56,134 nt of DNA, taken from positions 1-56,134 of the IMG/VR virus record IMGVR_UViG_3300027741_000078, one strand, 5' to 3'. Positions 1 through 9,112 of the stretch are shown here, one piece after another. The notes under the pieces are model-generated. The model was not told the DNA's origin, searched no databases, and was given only the letters and a program-made list of their open reading frames with translations. This stretch comes from a virus (lineage: Duplodnaviria; Caudoviricetes). Every line of letters starts with the position of its first letter. Within the stretch, counting starts at the first letter, position 1. A program made the translations under genes and the position numbers.

Positions 1-121
1 GTGGCCGGTAAGTCATTCATTATTATTTTGGCGCAAGACGCCACTGGAAGCAGGTCAGTCACTTGGTCAACGGTTTCGTGGCCTTCTGCCACACCGCCTT
101 CGGTTACTCAGACCGCCAGCA
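1..121 (+). repeat. 121-bp exact repeat of 54377..54497 (circular overlap or duplicated module), continuing as patchy similarity to about 1670 / 56080
   Basis: Base-by-base comparison; first mismatch at 122 (G) vs 54498 (A). Confidence 0.9.
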
Positions 122-195
122 GGAAAGACATTTATTCGTTCTTCTCTGACGGAACTAGTTGGTATGGCACCACTATCGGGCAGGCGTATACATAA
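1..195 (+). CDS. C-terminal fragment of tail fibre (second copy of the 3' end of 53348..54571)
   Basis: Translation matches the C-terminus of ORF 53348..54571 except R/K in TAS[R/K]KDIY; 5' end lies outside the window. Confidence 0.85.
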   Translation: MAGKSFIIILAQDATGSRSVTWSTVSWPSATPPSVTQTASRKDIYSFFSDGTSWYGTTIGQAYT

Positions 196-2258
196 TGTTT
201 GCAGCATCTAAATCAGGTAGATCGGCTGCTGGTGGCGGCGGTACAACGGACCCATATTTTCCGTATGTTCCTTTGCTGTTGGAGACGACCAGCACCAACG
301 GTCAGCAAAACAATACGTTTTTAGATTCCAGCAGCAACACTTTTACCATCACCCGCAACGGAACCCCAACGCAGGGTAGCTCGACTCCGTATTGGCCGAA
401 TGGGCAGTGGAGTAATTATTTTAATGGCAGTAGTAATTTAAGCATAGCAAGTACCGCATCGTTAGCTATGGGTACTAACGATTTCACGATTGAGTTTTGG
501 GTTTATTTGCGCTCTGCAACAAACAACCGAACTCTGGCGTGGCCTGTTGCAGGCAATATATTGATATATTGCGATAACTCTGGTTATTTTGCTTATGCAA
601 GTTACGGCGTTGGGAATGTGTTGGCTAGTTCAATTGTCGCTCCTTTAAATACTTGGACGCACATTGCCATATCAAGAACCGGCACCAACAGCAAAATTTT
701 TGTTAACGGAGCTATAGGCGCTTCAACCAGTTCGGATTCAAATAACTGGGGTCAATCTGTATTTAACATTGGCTCTGACATTGCGGCTAACTTTTTAAAC
801 GGCTATTTATCTAACCTGCGAATTGTAAAAGGTACTGGACTTTATACAACCACATTCACCCCGCCTACGACTCCTCTTACCGCTGTTACCAACACGGTTC
901 TTCTCACCTGCCAGTCAAACCGATTCAAAGACAACAGCGCCTCACCACTTACAATTACGGTAGGTAACGGCACACCCACCGTCCAAGCATTCCAGCCGTT
1001 CTCCCCGGCGGCTGCGTACACCACTGCGCTGTATGGTGGGAGCGGGTATTTTAATGGTAGTGCGGATTATTTGAGTATTACCGATGGCTCTGCCCTGCAA
1101 TTGGGTTCTGGAAATTTTACAATCGAGGGGTGGGTTTATTGTTCGGCAGTTTCAGGAAACAACTCTATATATTCTAGAAATTTGTTCGGGATGATTATTG
1201 GAATTTCTGGAAGTAATTTTACATTTTTTGCATCTTCAAACGGATCAAGTTGGAATCTTGCAAGCGGAATTACTTTCGGGGCAGCAACATCAAACACTTG
1301 GGCTCATTTTGCTGCTGTTCGCAACGGAACAAACATTACCTTATATTTAAACGGCGTTTTGGGTAATACTGTCGCTGTTAGCACAAACGCATTATATGAA
1401 GTAACAGCGCCAACTGTAGGGTATTGGACTAGCGGCGGTGCAAACTGGTACTTAAACGGATACGTTTCCAACCTTCGAGTAGTCAAAGGCACAGCAGTCT
1501 ATACCGGAGCATTCACTCCACCCACGCTCGCACCGTTAACAACCGCAGGATCAACCAGCGCGGCAAGTTACTCAAGCACCACCAACGTAAATACAAGTTT
1601 TGCGGCCTCTAGCACCAGTCTCCTGCTCAACATGGCAAACGCAGGAATCTACGACGCCGCCGCGCAGAACGATGTGACTACGGCGGGGTCTGCGGTAACC
1701 GCTGTGACTCCAGCAAAATGGCCGCCAAGTAGCATGAGCTTTAACGGAAGCAACTCGTATGCTCAGGTTCTTTCAAACCCAGCGTTTACTTTAGGAACAT
1801 CAAACTTTACAATTGAGTTCTGGGTTTACTTTAATAGCGTTGCAGCAGCTCAAACGGTTGTAGGAAGACATATAACAACCGCCGCTGGGGATTGGGCAAT
1901 TTACACTGCGTCAACAGGAAGCCTGAACTATTACCTTAGTTCAAATGGCTCAACTTGGAACCTTGCCAACCAAGTATCAATTGGTAGCATTAGCACCGGG
2001 ACTTGGTATTACGTTGCTCTTGTAAGAAACGGGTCTGTATTTACTCCGTATATAGGAACGACTCCCGGTTCGGCCCCAACAGCGGGGACAACAACAACCA
2101 CATCATCCGCTCTGTTTGCAACCACGCAGGCACTAACTGTTGGCGCAGCCAATAACTCGCTTACATTCCTAAACGGGTATGTGCAGGATTTTCGATTTAC
2201 AGTTGGTGTGGCTCGTTCAATTACCACTGTACCTTCCGCAGCTCTTCCGACGAAATAA
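195..2258 (+). CDS. LamG/concanavalin-A-like multi-domain receptor-binding protein (three LamG domains), variant A
   Basis: ATG at 195 overlaps upstream stop (TAATG); three repeats of FTIExWVY...W[TAY]xxAxxR...GYxxx[LF]R. Confidence 0.85.
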   Translation: MFAASKSGRSAAGGGGTTDPYFPYVPLLLETTSTNGQQNNTFLDSSSNTFTITRNGTPTQGSSTPYWPNGQWSNYFNGSSNLSIASTASLAMGTNDFTIEFWVYLRSATNNRTLAWPVAGNILIYCDNSGYFAYASYGVGNVLASSIVAPLNTWTHIAISRTGTNSKIFVNGAIGASTSSDSNNWGQSVFNIGSDIAANFLNGYLSNLRIVKGTGLYTTTFTPPTTPLTAVTNTVLLTCQSNRFKDNSASPLTITVGNGTPTVQAFQPFSPAAAYTTALYGGSGYFNGSADYLSITDGSALQLGSGNFTIEGWVYCSAVSGNNSIYSRNLFGMIIGISGSNFTFFASSNGSSWNLASGITFGAATSNTWAHFAAVRNGTNITLYLNGVLGNTVAVSTNALYEVTAPTVGYWTSGGANWYLNGYVSNLRVVKGTAVYTGAFTPPTLAPLTTAGSTSAASYSSTTNVNTSFAASSTSLLLNMANAGIYDAAAQNDVTTAGSAVTAVTPAKWPPSSMSFNGSNSYAQVLSNPAFTLGTSNFTIEFWVYFNSVAAAQTVVGRHITTAAGDWAIYTASTGSLNYYLSSNGSTWNLANQVSIGSISTGTWYYVALVRNGSVFTPYIGTTPGSAPTAGTTTTTSSALFATTQALTVGAANNSLTFLNGYVQDFRFTVGVARSITTVPSAALPTK

Positions 2259-2260
2259 TC

Positions 2261-2680
2261 ATGCAAATAGCTAACCAAGACCTCATTATCAAGGACCACA
2301 CCGAGTGGTTCCCCAACACATCCTTCGGTGAGCGTGGCCCATCTGTGGAGTGGATCAAGTCCGAGGGCTACTACATCATCTCGGCATGGAAAGACTACGA
2401 CTCCAAGGCCCAAAAGCTAGTACCAGCCGCGCCGCATCTGCATGACGGTATGTGCTGCATCGTGGACGTGGAGCCACTGACCGCTGAAGAACTGCAATCG
2501 CGTGTCGATACTCAGTGGCAAGTGATCCGTACCCAGCGCAACCAGATGCTCAAAGACAGCGACTGGACCCAGCTATCAGACTCGCCGGTTGACAAGGCCG
2601 CATGGGCAACATACCGACAGGCTCTGAGAGACATCACAAAGCAGGCTGATCCCTTTAACATCGTCTGGCCGGCGGTGTAA
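2261..2680 (+). CDS. Tail fibre assembly chaperone-like protein
   Basis: IRTQRNQMLKDSDWTQLSD...WATYRQALRDIT...WP motif; follows adhesin gene. Confidence 0.85.
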   Translation: MQIANQDLIIKDHTEWFPNTSFGERGPSVEWIKSEGYYIISAWKDYDSKAQKLVPAAPHLHDGMCCIVDVEPLTAEELQSRVDTQWQVIRTQRNQMLKDSDWTQLSDSPVDKAAWATYRQALRDITKQADPFNIVWPAV

Positions 2681-2682
2681 AC

Positions 2683-4113
2683 ATGGCACAGGCAACCTTC
2701 ACCCCGATCCAGCTCTATTACAGCGCCAACACCGGAGCCACGCCATCAACTTCAAACCTGGCGGCGGGTGAGCTTGCCATTAACACTGCGGACGGGAAGC
2801 TTTTCTATAAGGACAGCTCCGGCAACCTGCAGACGATCGCAACAAAGGCAGCCGCGACAAACCCACTCCCGGTAAACACGGGCGGGACGGGCATCCAGGC
2901 GCTCACACAGGGCGGGATTGCTTACGGTGCGGCTACGACCTACGCCTTCACTGCAATCGGCTCTACGGGCGATCTATTGAGTTCTAACGGTACCGGTGCC
3001 CCGACATGGGTAACCCCGACGAACTTAAATACGGCATCGGCGATCGTCAAGCGGGACTCATCGGGTAACTTTGCCGCTGGGACGATTACCGCATCACTTA
3101 CTGGGACCGCTAGCACGGCGACCAATCTAGCGAACGGCGCATCAGGCTCCATCCCCTATCAAACGGGCGCTGGGGCGACTTCTTTCGTTCCTGCAGGGTC
3201 TAGTGGCACCGTCCTCACAATGTCCTCTGGCGGCGTTCCTACATGGGCCACAGCGGGTACTGCGACCTCGGCATCAAACCTCTCTGGCGGCACTGCTGGG
3301 GCTGTCGTTTATCAGTCTGCACCAAACACGACGGCATTCTTAACTGCAGGTAGCTCTGGCCAAGTTCTGACATTAACGTCGGCGCAGATTCCGGCATGGA
3401 CTACGCCAGGCTCGGTTACTTCGGTGGCCAATCTCTCCGGTGGTGCGGCTAACAAGATCCCATATCAGAGCGGGGCCAGTACAACTACTTTCATTGACGC
3501 CCCGACGGTATCTAGCTACCTCAAATATACCGGCAGCGCGTTTGCCTGGGCCAATCCTGTTACGAGCGTCTCCGCCAGCACAGGGATGAGCTTTACGACA
3601 ATCACCGGCACGGGTAGCGTGGCGATAGACACCACAGTCGTCCCGAGGTTTGCGAATGCAGGCACCTTTACGGCCACCCAGACCTTTAGTGGCTCAAGCA
3701 GCGTCGCATCACTCGCGCTGAACAACGCCCTTGAGACCTGCACCGTTACTGGATCCGCTGCATCTGGCGCCCTTAACATTGACGTCTCCACGCAGTCGGT
3801 GATCTTCTATAACACGGCGACTACTGCTACATGGACGCTTAACTTCCGTGCAAGTAGCGGGACCCCCCTAAGCTCCTTCATGAGTCAGGGGCAGTCGGTT
3901 ACGGTTGCTGTCCTCGTACAGACGGGCGCGGTTACCAACGCCTACAACACTGGCGTGACGATTGATGGCGTTGCTCCTACTGCACTCAAATGGCAGGGCG
4001 GTACGGCTCCTACGACGGGCAACTCAAACAGCATCGACGTCTACACCTACACCATCATCCGCACCGGTCCGTCCTCGTATACGGTGCTGGCTTCACAGAC
4101 GAAGTTTGCCTAA
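2683..4113 (+). CDS. Tail fibre protein (G/S/T-rich repeats, C-terminal adaptor-like domain)
   Basis: N-terminal LAAGELAINTADGKLFYK; repeated NLSGG..G.I.YQ units; C-terminal KWQGGTAPT...IDVYTY. Confidence 0.8.
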   Translation: MAQATFTPIQLYYSANTGATPSTSNLAAGELAINTADGKLFYKDSSGNLQTIATKAAATNPLPVNTGGTGIQALTQGGIAYGAATTYAFTAIGSTGDLLSSNGTGAPTWVTPTNLNTASAIVKRDSSGNFAAGTITASLTGTASTATNLANGASGSIPYQTGAGATSFVPAGSSGTVLTMSSGGVPTWATAGTATSASNLSGGTAGAVVYQSAPNTTAFLTAGSSGQVLTLTSAQIPAWTTPGSVTSVANLSGGAANKIPYQSGASTTTFIDAPTVSSYLKYTGSAFAWANPVTSVSASTGMSFTTITGTGSVAIDTTVVPRFANAGTFTATQTFSGSSSVASLALNNALETCTVTGSAASGALNIDVSTQSVIFYNTATTATWTLNFRASSGTPLSSFMSQGQSVTVAVLVQTGAVTNAYNTGVTIDGVAPTALKWQGGTAPTTGNSNSIDVYTYTIIRTGPSSYTVLASQTKFA

Positions 4114-4115
4114 TC

Positions 4116-5351
4116 ATGCCGGTACTTGCCACGATCGGGGCCGCCTCTGCTCGAGGATTCGGTGATTTTTATACAAGTACCAGTATATCTGGCAACGGCT
4201 GGATGGCGCGGATTGGTGCCTATACAAAGCCGATGACGAGCGATTCAAATAACAATATTTACGTTGGAAGCCCTGCTGGCTTGATCATGAAGGTTGGACC
4301 AGACGGGACTCTCGCCTGGCAAAAGAACGTCAATCAATCCGGAACAAACGTATCTGTTGAGCGCAATCAGGCAACAGGATCGGGCTTGGTTGGATTAGTA
4401 GGGTCTTCGGGAAGTGGGGCCATCAACAATAAGCCTTCGATTGAAGTGTTAGATAGCAACGGCAATGTTTATTATTCTGTATATTACAACGCGGCTAACT
4501 TTATTAACAGCATAACCGCGTCTGACGTTGGCAGCATCTACTTCTCAGGCACATTTGCGTCCGGATTTGCCGCCTACTTCAAGCTTTACGGAACAACAAT
4601 AGTCGCGAAGAAGTCGTATAGCAATACAAGCGGACAGCCTCGATTTGTTGGCGGTGGAAGTAACGACACCGCTTACATGGGCGACACTTTTAACGGGGTT
4701 GTTCCTAGCGTAGCCAAGGTGGATTCAAACCTTGCGTTGTTATGGAGGTCGGGAAGCTCTTCGCTTACAAGGGTCACGCAGGTAGTTGAGTCAAACGGTT
4801 TTGTTTATGCGGTTGGCACCACCTCTGCCGTTGTTAAATTAAACGCTACCACCGGAGCCTTTGTATGGGCCAAAACGCTATCCTCATCGTTTTTTACCTG
4901 CCTTGCGGTTGACAGCTCTGACAACATTTACGCCGGCGGGTATGACTTTACTAACAAACTTGGAATACTATTAAAGATTGACAATAACGGCAATCTAATC
5001 TGGCAAAGAAATTTTCTCTTGAGCCCCATAAATGCGGCTTATTACACGACGGTGTCTGCTATAACCGTAAACAATACAAATAATTCTATCTGTGTGCAGG
5101 TAACTCCTTCAGGGGCTGGCACCGCAACGTCAATGTTATTTTCTGTGCCGAACAACGGAACGCCAACCGGAACATACACTGTTGGCGGCTCTACTCTTGT
5201 CTACGCAATCAATTCAGGGACTCTTTCTTCGGCAACATATACTTTTAGCTCGTTGTCAACTTCTTTGGGCTCACAAACTTACGCAGAAGTTAGCTTGCCT
5301 GTATCTGCCTCTACCGCCTCAACCACTTACGACCTTATCTCGGTCCCCTAA
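4116..5351 (+). CDS. Beta-propeller putative receptor-binding protein
   Basis: ATG 2 nt after upstream stop (MPVLATIGAASARGFG); repeated blade motifs DSxxNIYxG and LKxDxxGxLxWQR. Confidence 0.7.
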   Translation: MPVLATIGAASARGFGDFYTSTSISGNGWMARIGAYTKPMTSDSNNNIYVGSPAGLIMKVGPDGTLAWQKNVNQSGTNVSVERNQATGSGLVGLVGSSGSGAINNKPSIEVLDSNGNVYYSVYYNAANFINSITASDVGSIYFSGTFASGFAAYFKLYGTTIVAKKSYSNTSGQPRFVGGGSNDTAYMGDTFNGVVPSVAKVDSNLALLWRSGSSSLTRVTQVVESNGFVYAVGTTSAVVKLNATTGAFVWAKTLSSSFFTCLAVDSSDNIYAGGYDFTNKLGILLKIDNNGNLIWQRNFLLSPINAAYYTTVSAITVNNTNNSICVQVTPSGAGTATSMLFSVPNNGTPTGTYTVGGSTLVYAINSGTLSSATYTFSSLSTSLGSQTYAEVSLPVSASTASTTYDLISVP

Positions 5352-5363
5352 TGGAGTCACATC

Positions 5364-5537
5364 ATGAGCAAGAAATGGATTCAGGAGGCTATTAAGAAGC
5401 CTGGCGCACTGCGAGAGGAACTCGGCGTCAAAGAGGGTAAGAAGATCCCGATGAAGAAGCTAGATAAAGCCGCTCACGCCTCTGGTAAACTTGGGCAGCG
5501 CGCACGACTAGCGAAAACCCTTCGAGGCTTTGACTGA
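5364..5537 (+). CDS. Small basic phage protein (57 aa, MSKKWIQEAIKKPGAL...)
   Basis: Translated by hand (below the ORF-track cutoff); GGAG SD upstream; fills the gap between neighbours. Confidence 0.7.
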   Translation: MSKKWIQEAIKKPGALREELGVKEGKKIPMKKLDKAAHASGKLGQRARLAKTLRGFD

Positions 5538-5538
5538 C

Positions 5539-5763
5539 ATGAATGAAATCCAGATGGGGTTCAACATTCTCGTTGGATTGGTCGCCTTCTTTGGTGGCTG
5601 GATCTTGAACAATATCTCCAAGACGCTTGACCGGTTAGATCAAGACGTTCGGAATATGCCCAAGACCTATGTCATTAAAGAGGACTACCGCCGAGATATT
5701 GACGAACTGAAGTCCATCTGCCATCAAATTTTTGATCGTCTTGAGAGCAAGGCGGACAAGTAA
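5539..5763 (+). CDS. Small single-TM membrane protein upstream of endolysin (possible holin/antiholin)
   Basis: Hydrophobic FNILVGLVAFFGGWIL followed by a charged helical tail. Confidence 0.6.
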   Translation: MNEIQMGFNILVGLVAFFGGWILNNISKTLDRLDQDVRNMPKTYVIKEDYRRDIDELKSICHQIFDRLESKADK

Positions 5764-5778
5764 AGAGGAGGCTAGATC

Positions 5779-6291
5779 ATGGCCGACTTTGACGCTGCAT
5801 TTGAGAAGATGATCGTTGACGAGGGGGGCTACGTCCTCCACACTGTTCCCGGTGACACGGGCGGGATGACCTATGCTGGAATTGCTAGAAATAAAAACCC
5901 CAACTGGCCGGGGTGGAATCTTATTGACCACGAAGAAAAGGGCCCTCTCCTTACTGAGATGGTGCGTAAGTTTTATAAGGCTGAGTTTTGGGACCGTATC
6001 CGAGGGGATGAGCTTACGAACCAGCCTATTGCGGAATCGATCTTCAACTTCGGCGTCAACACCGGAATCAACGTCGCGGTAAAGCTGGCGCAGTTAATTG
6101 TCGGCGTGACCCCTGATGGCGCTGTTGGACCTAAGACGGTTGAAAAGTTTAATTCTGTTGAGGCGGACTCGTTCAAGAAGGCCTATGCGTTAGCCAAGAT
6201 CGCCCGCTACGCCGACATCTGCAATAAGAACAAAACCCAGTCTAAATTTTTGCTTGGCTGGATCAACAGAACGCTGAGGGGCCTAAAGTAA
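5779..6291 (+). CDS. Endolysin, glycoside hydrolase family 108 with C-terminal peptidoglycan-binding segment
   Basis: EGGY...GDTGGMTYAGI, DGAVGPKT, FLLGWINR motifs; GAGGAGG SD. Confidence 0.9.
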   Translation: MADFDAAFEKMIVDEGGYVLHTVPGDTGGMTYAGIARNKNPNWPGWNLIDHEEKGPLLTEMVRKFYKAEFWDRIRGDELTNQPIAESIFNFGVNTGINVAVKLAQLIVGVTPDGAVGPKTVEKFNSVEADSFKKAYALAKIARYADICNKNKTQSKFLLGWINRTLRGLK

Positions 6292-6809
6292 TGGACTTGA
6301 CCCAAGAGTACATTAAAGAATGTTTGGATTACAATCCAGAAACTGGAACATTTTTTTGGAGGATTCGTCCAATCAGTCATTTCAAAGACTTGCGCCGCCA
6401 ACGAATTTTCAACAGGGTTTACGCTGGAAAGCCTTGTGGTCATTTGAACAAACAAGGATATTTGGTTATTCGGGTTGCAGGATTTCTTTGCAAAGCCCAC
6501 AGGTTGGCGTGGTTATATGTTCATGGCGCCATGCCAAAAGAATTGCTTGACCACATCAATCGAAACCGATCTGATAACAGAATTTGCAATTTACGAGAGG
6601 CTTCACCCACGTTAAACGCCCAAAATGCTTCAATTCGTGTCGATAATACAAGCGGCGTTACGGGCGTGTCTTGGCATAAAGTTACAAACAAATGGACTGT
6701 TCAAATTAGCAAACGGGGAAAACCGACACATATTGGTGTTTTTGCAACTATTGAAGAAGCAAAAATAGCAAGACTGCAGGCTGAACTTGCGCGAATGGAG
6801 ATCGCCTGA
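6291..6809 (+). CDS. HNH-AP2 homing endonuclease
   Basis: AHRLAWLYVHG...DHINRNRSDNRICNLR (HNH) plus NTSGVTGVSW...HIGVF (AP2); AT-richer than neighbours. Confidence 0.9.
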   Translation: MDLTQEYIKECLDYNPETGTFFWRIRPISHFKDLRRQRIFNRVYAGKPCGHLNKQGYLVIRVAGFLCKAHRLAWLYVHGAMPKELLDHINRNRSDNRICNLREASPTLNAQNASIRVDNTSGVTGVSWHKVTNKWTVQISKRGKPTHIGVFATIEEAKIARLQAELARMEIA

Positions 6810-7246
6810 TGGACTTAATCGGGATTGGGGCAATTATTGATGGGGTTGGGAAGGTTGCGGATTCGCTCTACACAACTGACAAAGAAAGGCTTGAGATTGG
6901 TCTAAAGGGCCGAGAGCTTGACCTAGAAGAGAAGCGGATTGAGCAGGCGACGGACCTCGCTCAGGTTGAAGTTAACAAGATTGAGGCGAACAACCCCAAC
7001 GTATTCGTAAGCGGCTGGCGTCCTGCTGTTGGCTGGGTTGGCGTGCTGGGGTTGGCTTATCAGTTCATCGGCTACCCGCTACTGCAGTGGTGCTGGGTCT
7101 TTGGGCAGGGAATAGACTGGATACCGAAGGGATTGGCCGCGCCACCGAATCTAGAGGTTGAGCAGCTCATGACGCTACTGGCCGGGTTGCTTGGGTTTGG
7201 TGGCATGAGGTCGTTTGAGAAGACTAAGGGCGTAGCCGCAAAGTAA
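6809..7246 (+). CDS. Holin, GTA 3TM-type family
   Basis: SGWRPAVGW and LLGFGGMRSFEK motifs, hydrophobic segments. Confidence 0.85.
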   Translation: MDLIGIGAIIDGVGKVADSLYTTDKERLEIGLKGRELDLEEKRIEQATDLAQVEVNKIEANNPNVFVSGWRPAVGWVGVLGLAYQFIGYPLLQWCWVFGQGIDWIPKGLAAPPNLEVEQLMTLLAGLLGFGGMRSFEKTKGVAAK

Positions 7247-7255
7247 GGAAAGATC

Positions 7256-7885
7256 ATGGCAGCGGTAATGACCTACTCGAGCCTGGTTGATGACATCTCT
7301 ACCTATCTAGAGCGCACCGACACGGCCACGATTGAGAAGATCCCGACCTTCATCATGCTGGCGGAGCAGGTGATCGCGGCAGAGTTGCAGTTCTTGGGCA
7401 ACTTGACGGTGGCGACCAGCACGATGACACCCAACGAGCCGACGATCGTAAAGCCCGCTCGCTGGCGCAAGACCGTCTCCATGAACCTGACCAGCAACGG
7501 CGTTCGGGAGCCGATCCTGCTGCGAAAGTACGAGTATCTACGCAACTACTGGCCTGACCCGCTGCAGACGGATACCCCAGTGTTTTACTCGGATTATGAC
7601 TATACGCACTGGTTTGTGGTCCCCACGCCAGACCTCGCCTATAACTACGAGGTTCTGTATTACGAGAGACCGCAGCCGCTTGACATCAATAACCAAACGA
7701 ACTGGTTCACGCAGTACGCTCCGCAGGCGATGTTGTACGGCAGCCTCCTGCAAGCCATGCCATTCCTTAAGAACGACGAGCGCACCCCGCTTTGGCAGGC
7801 ACAGTACGACAAGATTATTGCCACACTCAAGACCGAGGACGTGGCGCGAATTGGTGACCGTCAGACAGTAGTGAGGGATTCATAA
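7256..7885 (+). CDS. Tail adaptor / tail tubular protein A-like
   Basis: MTYSSL...IPTFIxLAE, PTPD..Y, TNW...LYGSL pattern; position in tail module. Confidence 0.7.
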   Translation: MAAVMTYSSLVDDISTYLERTDTATIEKIPTFIMLAEQVIAAELQFLGNLTVATSTMTPNEPTIVKPARWRKTVSMNLTSNGVREPILLRKYEYLRNYWPDPLQTDTPVFYSDYDYTHWFVVPTPDLAYNYEVLYYERPQPLDINNQTNWFTQYAPQAMLYGSLLQAMPFLKNDERTPLWQAQYDKIIATLKTEDVARIGDRQTVVRDS

Positions 7886-9111
7886 TGAGCTTTATTAGCC
7901 CCTTCACCGGCGACGTAATTCAGCCGACCGACGTCTCCTATCGCAGCGTCTCTCTAACGGCCAACACAACGCTTGCGTGGCCTGTTAATGGTAACGCTAC
8001 AGGCAACGTCGTCGCTCGCATCATGGACGTTACGGCGTCTTCTGCGGGCCTTAATCTGACGCTTCCACCGGCTACCCAGGCATCGGTTGGTTCAGACAGC
8101 CTAATCCGTAACGTCGGCAGCAACTCCTTTAACGTCCTAGACAACGCTGGTGGTGCGGTTGCCACGATCGCCGCTGGTCAGGCTCGTTACATCTACATCA
8201 CGACGAACGCTACTGATGCCGGGACGTGGGGCTCGATTGCGTTTGGTGCGGGTGCCTCTAACGCTGACGCGGCTACGCTTGCAGGGTACGGATTAAGGGC
8301 GATTACTACGACGCTCAATACCGCGCACCAGGTCAACACGTTCTCTAATGCGTATACGGCGGTTGCTGCGGACAGGGCGGATACCTTTGTCTGGACGGGC
8401 GGCTCGGATACCCTGACGCTTACCTCTGCCGTTACGCTTGGCAACGACTGGTTTATCTTGGTGCGTAACGGTGGCAGCGGAAATCTTGCCGTCGTACCAA
8501 GCTCGGGTCAGTTGATTGACGGCTCCGCTTCTATTTCTTTGGCTCCCAGTGATTCGTGCATGATTTGCTGCTCTGGGGCCGCTTTTTATACCGTTGGGCT
8601 GGGGAGAAGCACCCAGTTTAACTTTACTCAGTTAACGAAGGCCGTATCTGCGGGGACGTATACCCTGACGGCTACTGAGGCTGCCAACGTCATCCAGAAG
8701 TACACCGGGACGGTCGTGAGTCCGGTTACGGTTGTGCTGCCGCAGACGATTCAGGTTTATTACATTACTAACCAGGCGAGCAGTTCAATCACCTTCACGA
8801 CGGGTGCTGCGGGTGCTGCGACTGTCTCGGTGCCGGGTAGCCAGCAGGTGATCTTGCTCTGTGACTCGGTGAACCTGTTTAACGCCTCCACGATCGCGGT
8901 TGGTGGCTCGTCGGTGTCTCTGGTGAGCGGATCGGTTGGCTCTCCCTCTCTGTCTTTCTTGTCTGAGGCCTCGACCGGGATGTATTACGTCGGGACCGGG
9001 GAGGTTGGCCTGGCGATTCTCGGCGTCAAGCGTTTTGGCCTCACCGCTACCGGACTGACGATTAGTGGAACCGGCACATTCACGGGCGGGGTATCTGGCG
9101 GGGTATTCTGA
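7885..9111 (+). CDS. Virion structural protein (tail-associated)
   Basis: G/T/S-rich beta-type composition; translationally coupled within tail operon. Confidence 0.6.
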   Translation: MSFISPFTGDVIQPTDVSYRSVSLTANTTLAWPVNGNATGNVVARIMDVTASSAGLNLTLPPATQASVGSDSLIRNVGSNSFNVLDNAGGAVATIAAGQARYIYITTNATDAGTWGSIAFGAGASNADAATLAGYGLRAITTTLNTAHQVNTFSNAYTAVAADRADTFVWTGGSDTLTLTSAVTLGNDWFILVRNGGSGNLAVVPSSGQLIDGSASISLAPSDSCMICCSGAAFYTVGLGRSTQFNFTQLTKAVSAGTYTLTATEAANVIQKYTGTVVSPVTVVLPQTIQVYYITNQASSSITFTTGAAGAATVSVPGSQQVILLCDSVNLFNASTIAVGGSSVSLVSGSVGSPSLSFLSEASTGMYYVGTGEVGLAILGVKRFGLTATGLTISGTGTFTGGVSGGVF

Positions 9112-9112
9112 G

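Noticed and set aside
1-121. Physical direct terminal repeat
   Set aside because: The second copy is 1.6 kb from the end, lies mid-gene and decays into a divergent variant; better explained by circular assembly with an alternative allele or a duplication
3990-4115. Upstream extensions of ORF-track starts (also 159, 9065, 25148, 29208, 42440, 46614)
   Set aside because: Most overlap neighbouring genes; downstream ATGs with SD or stop-start coupling fit better
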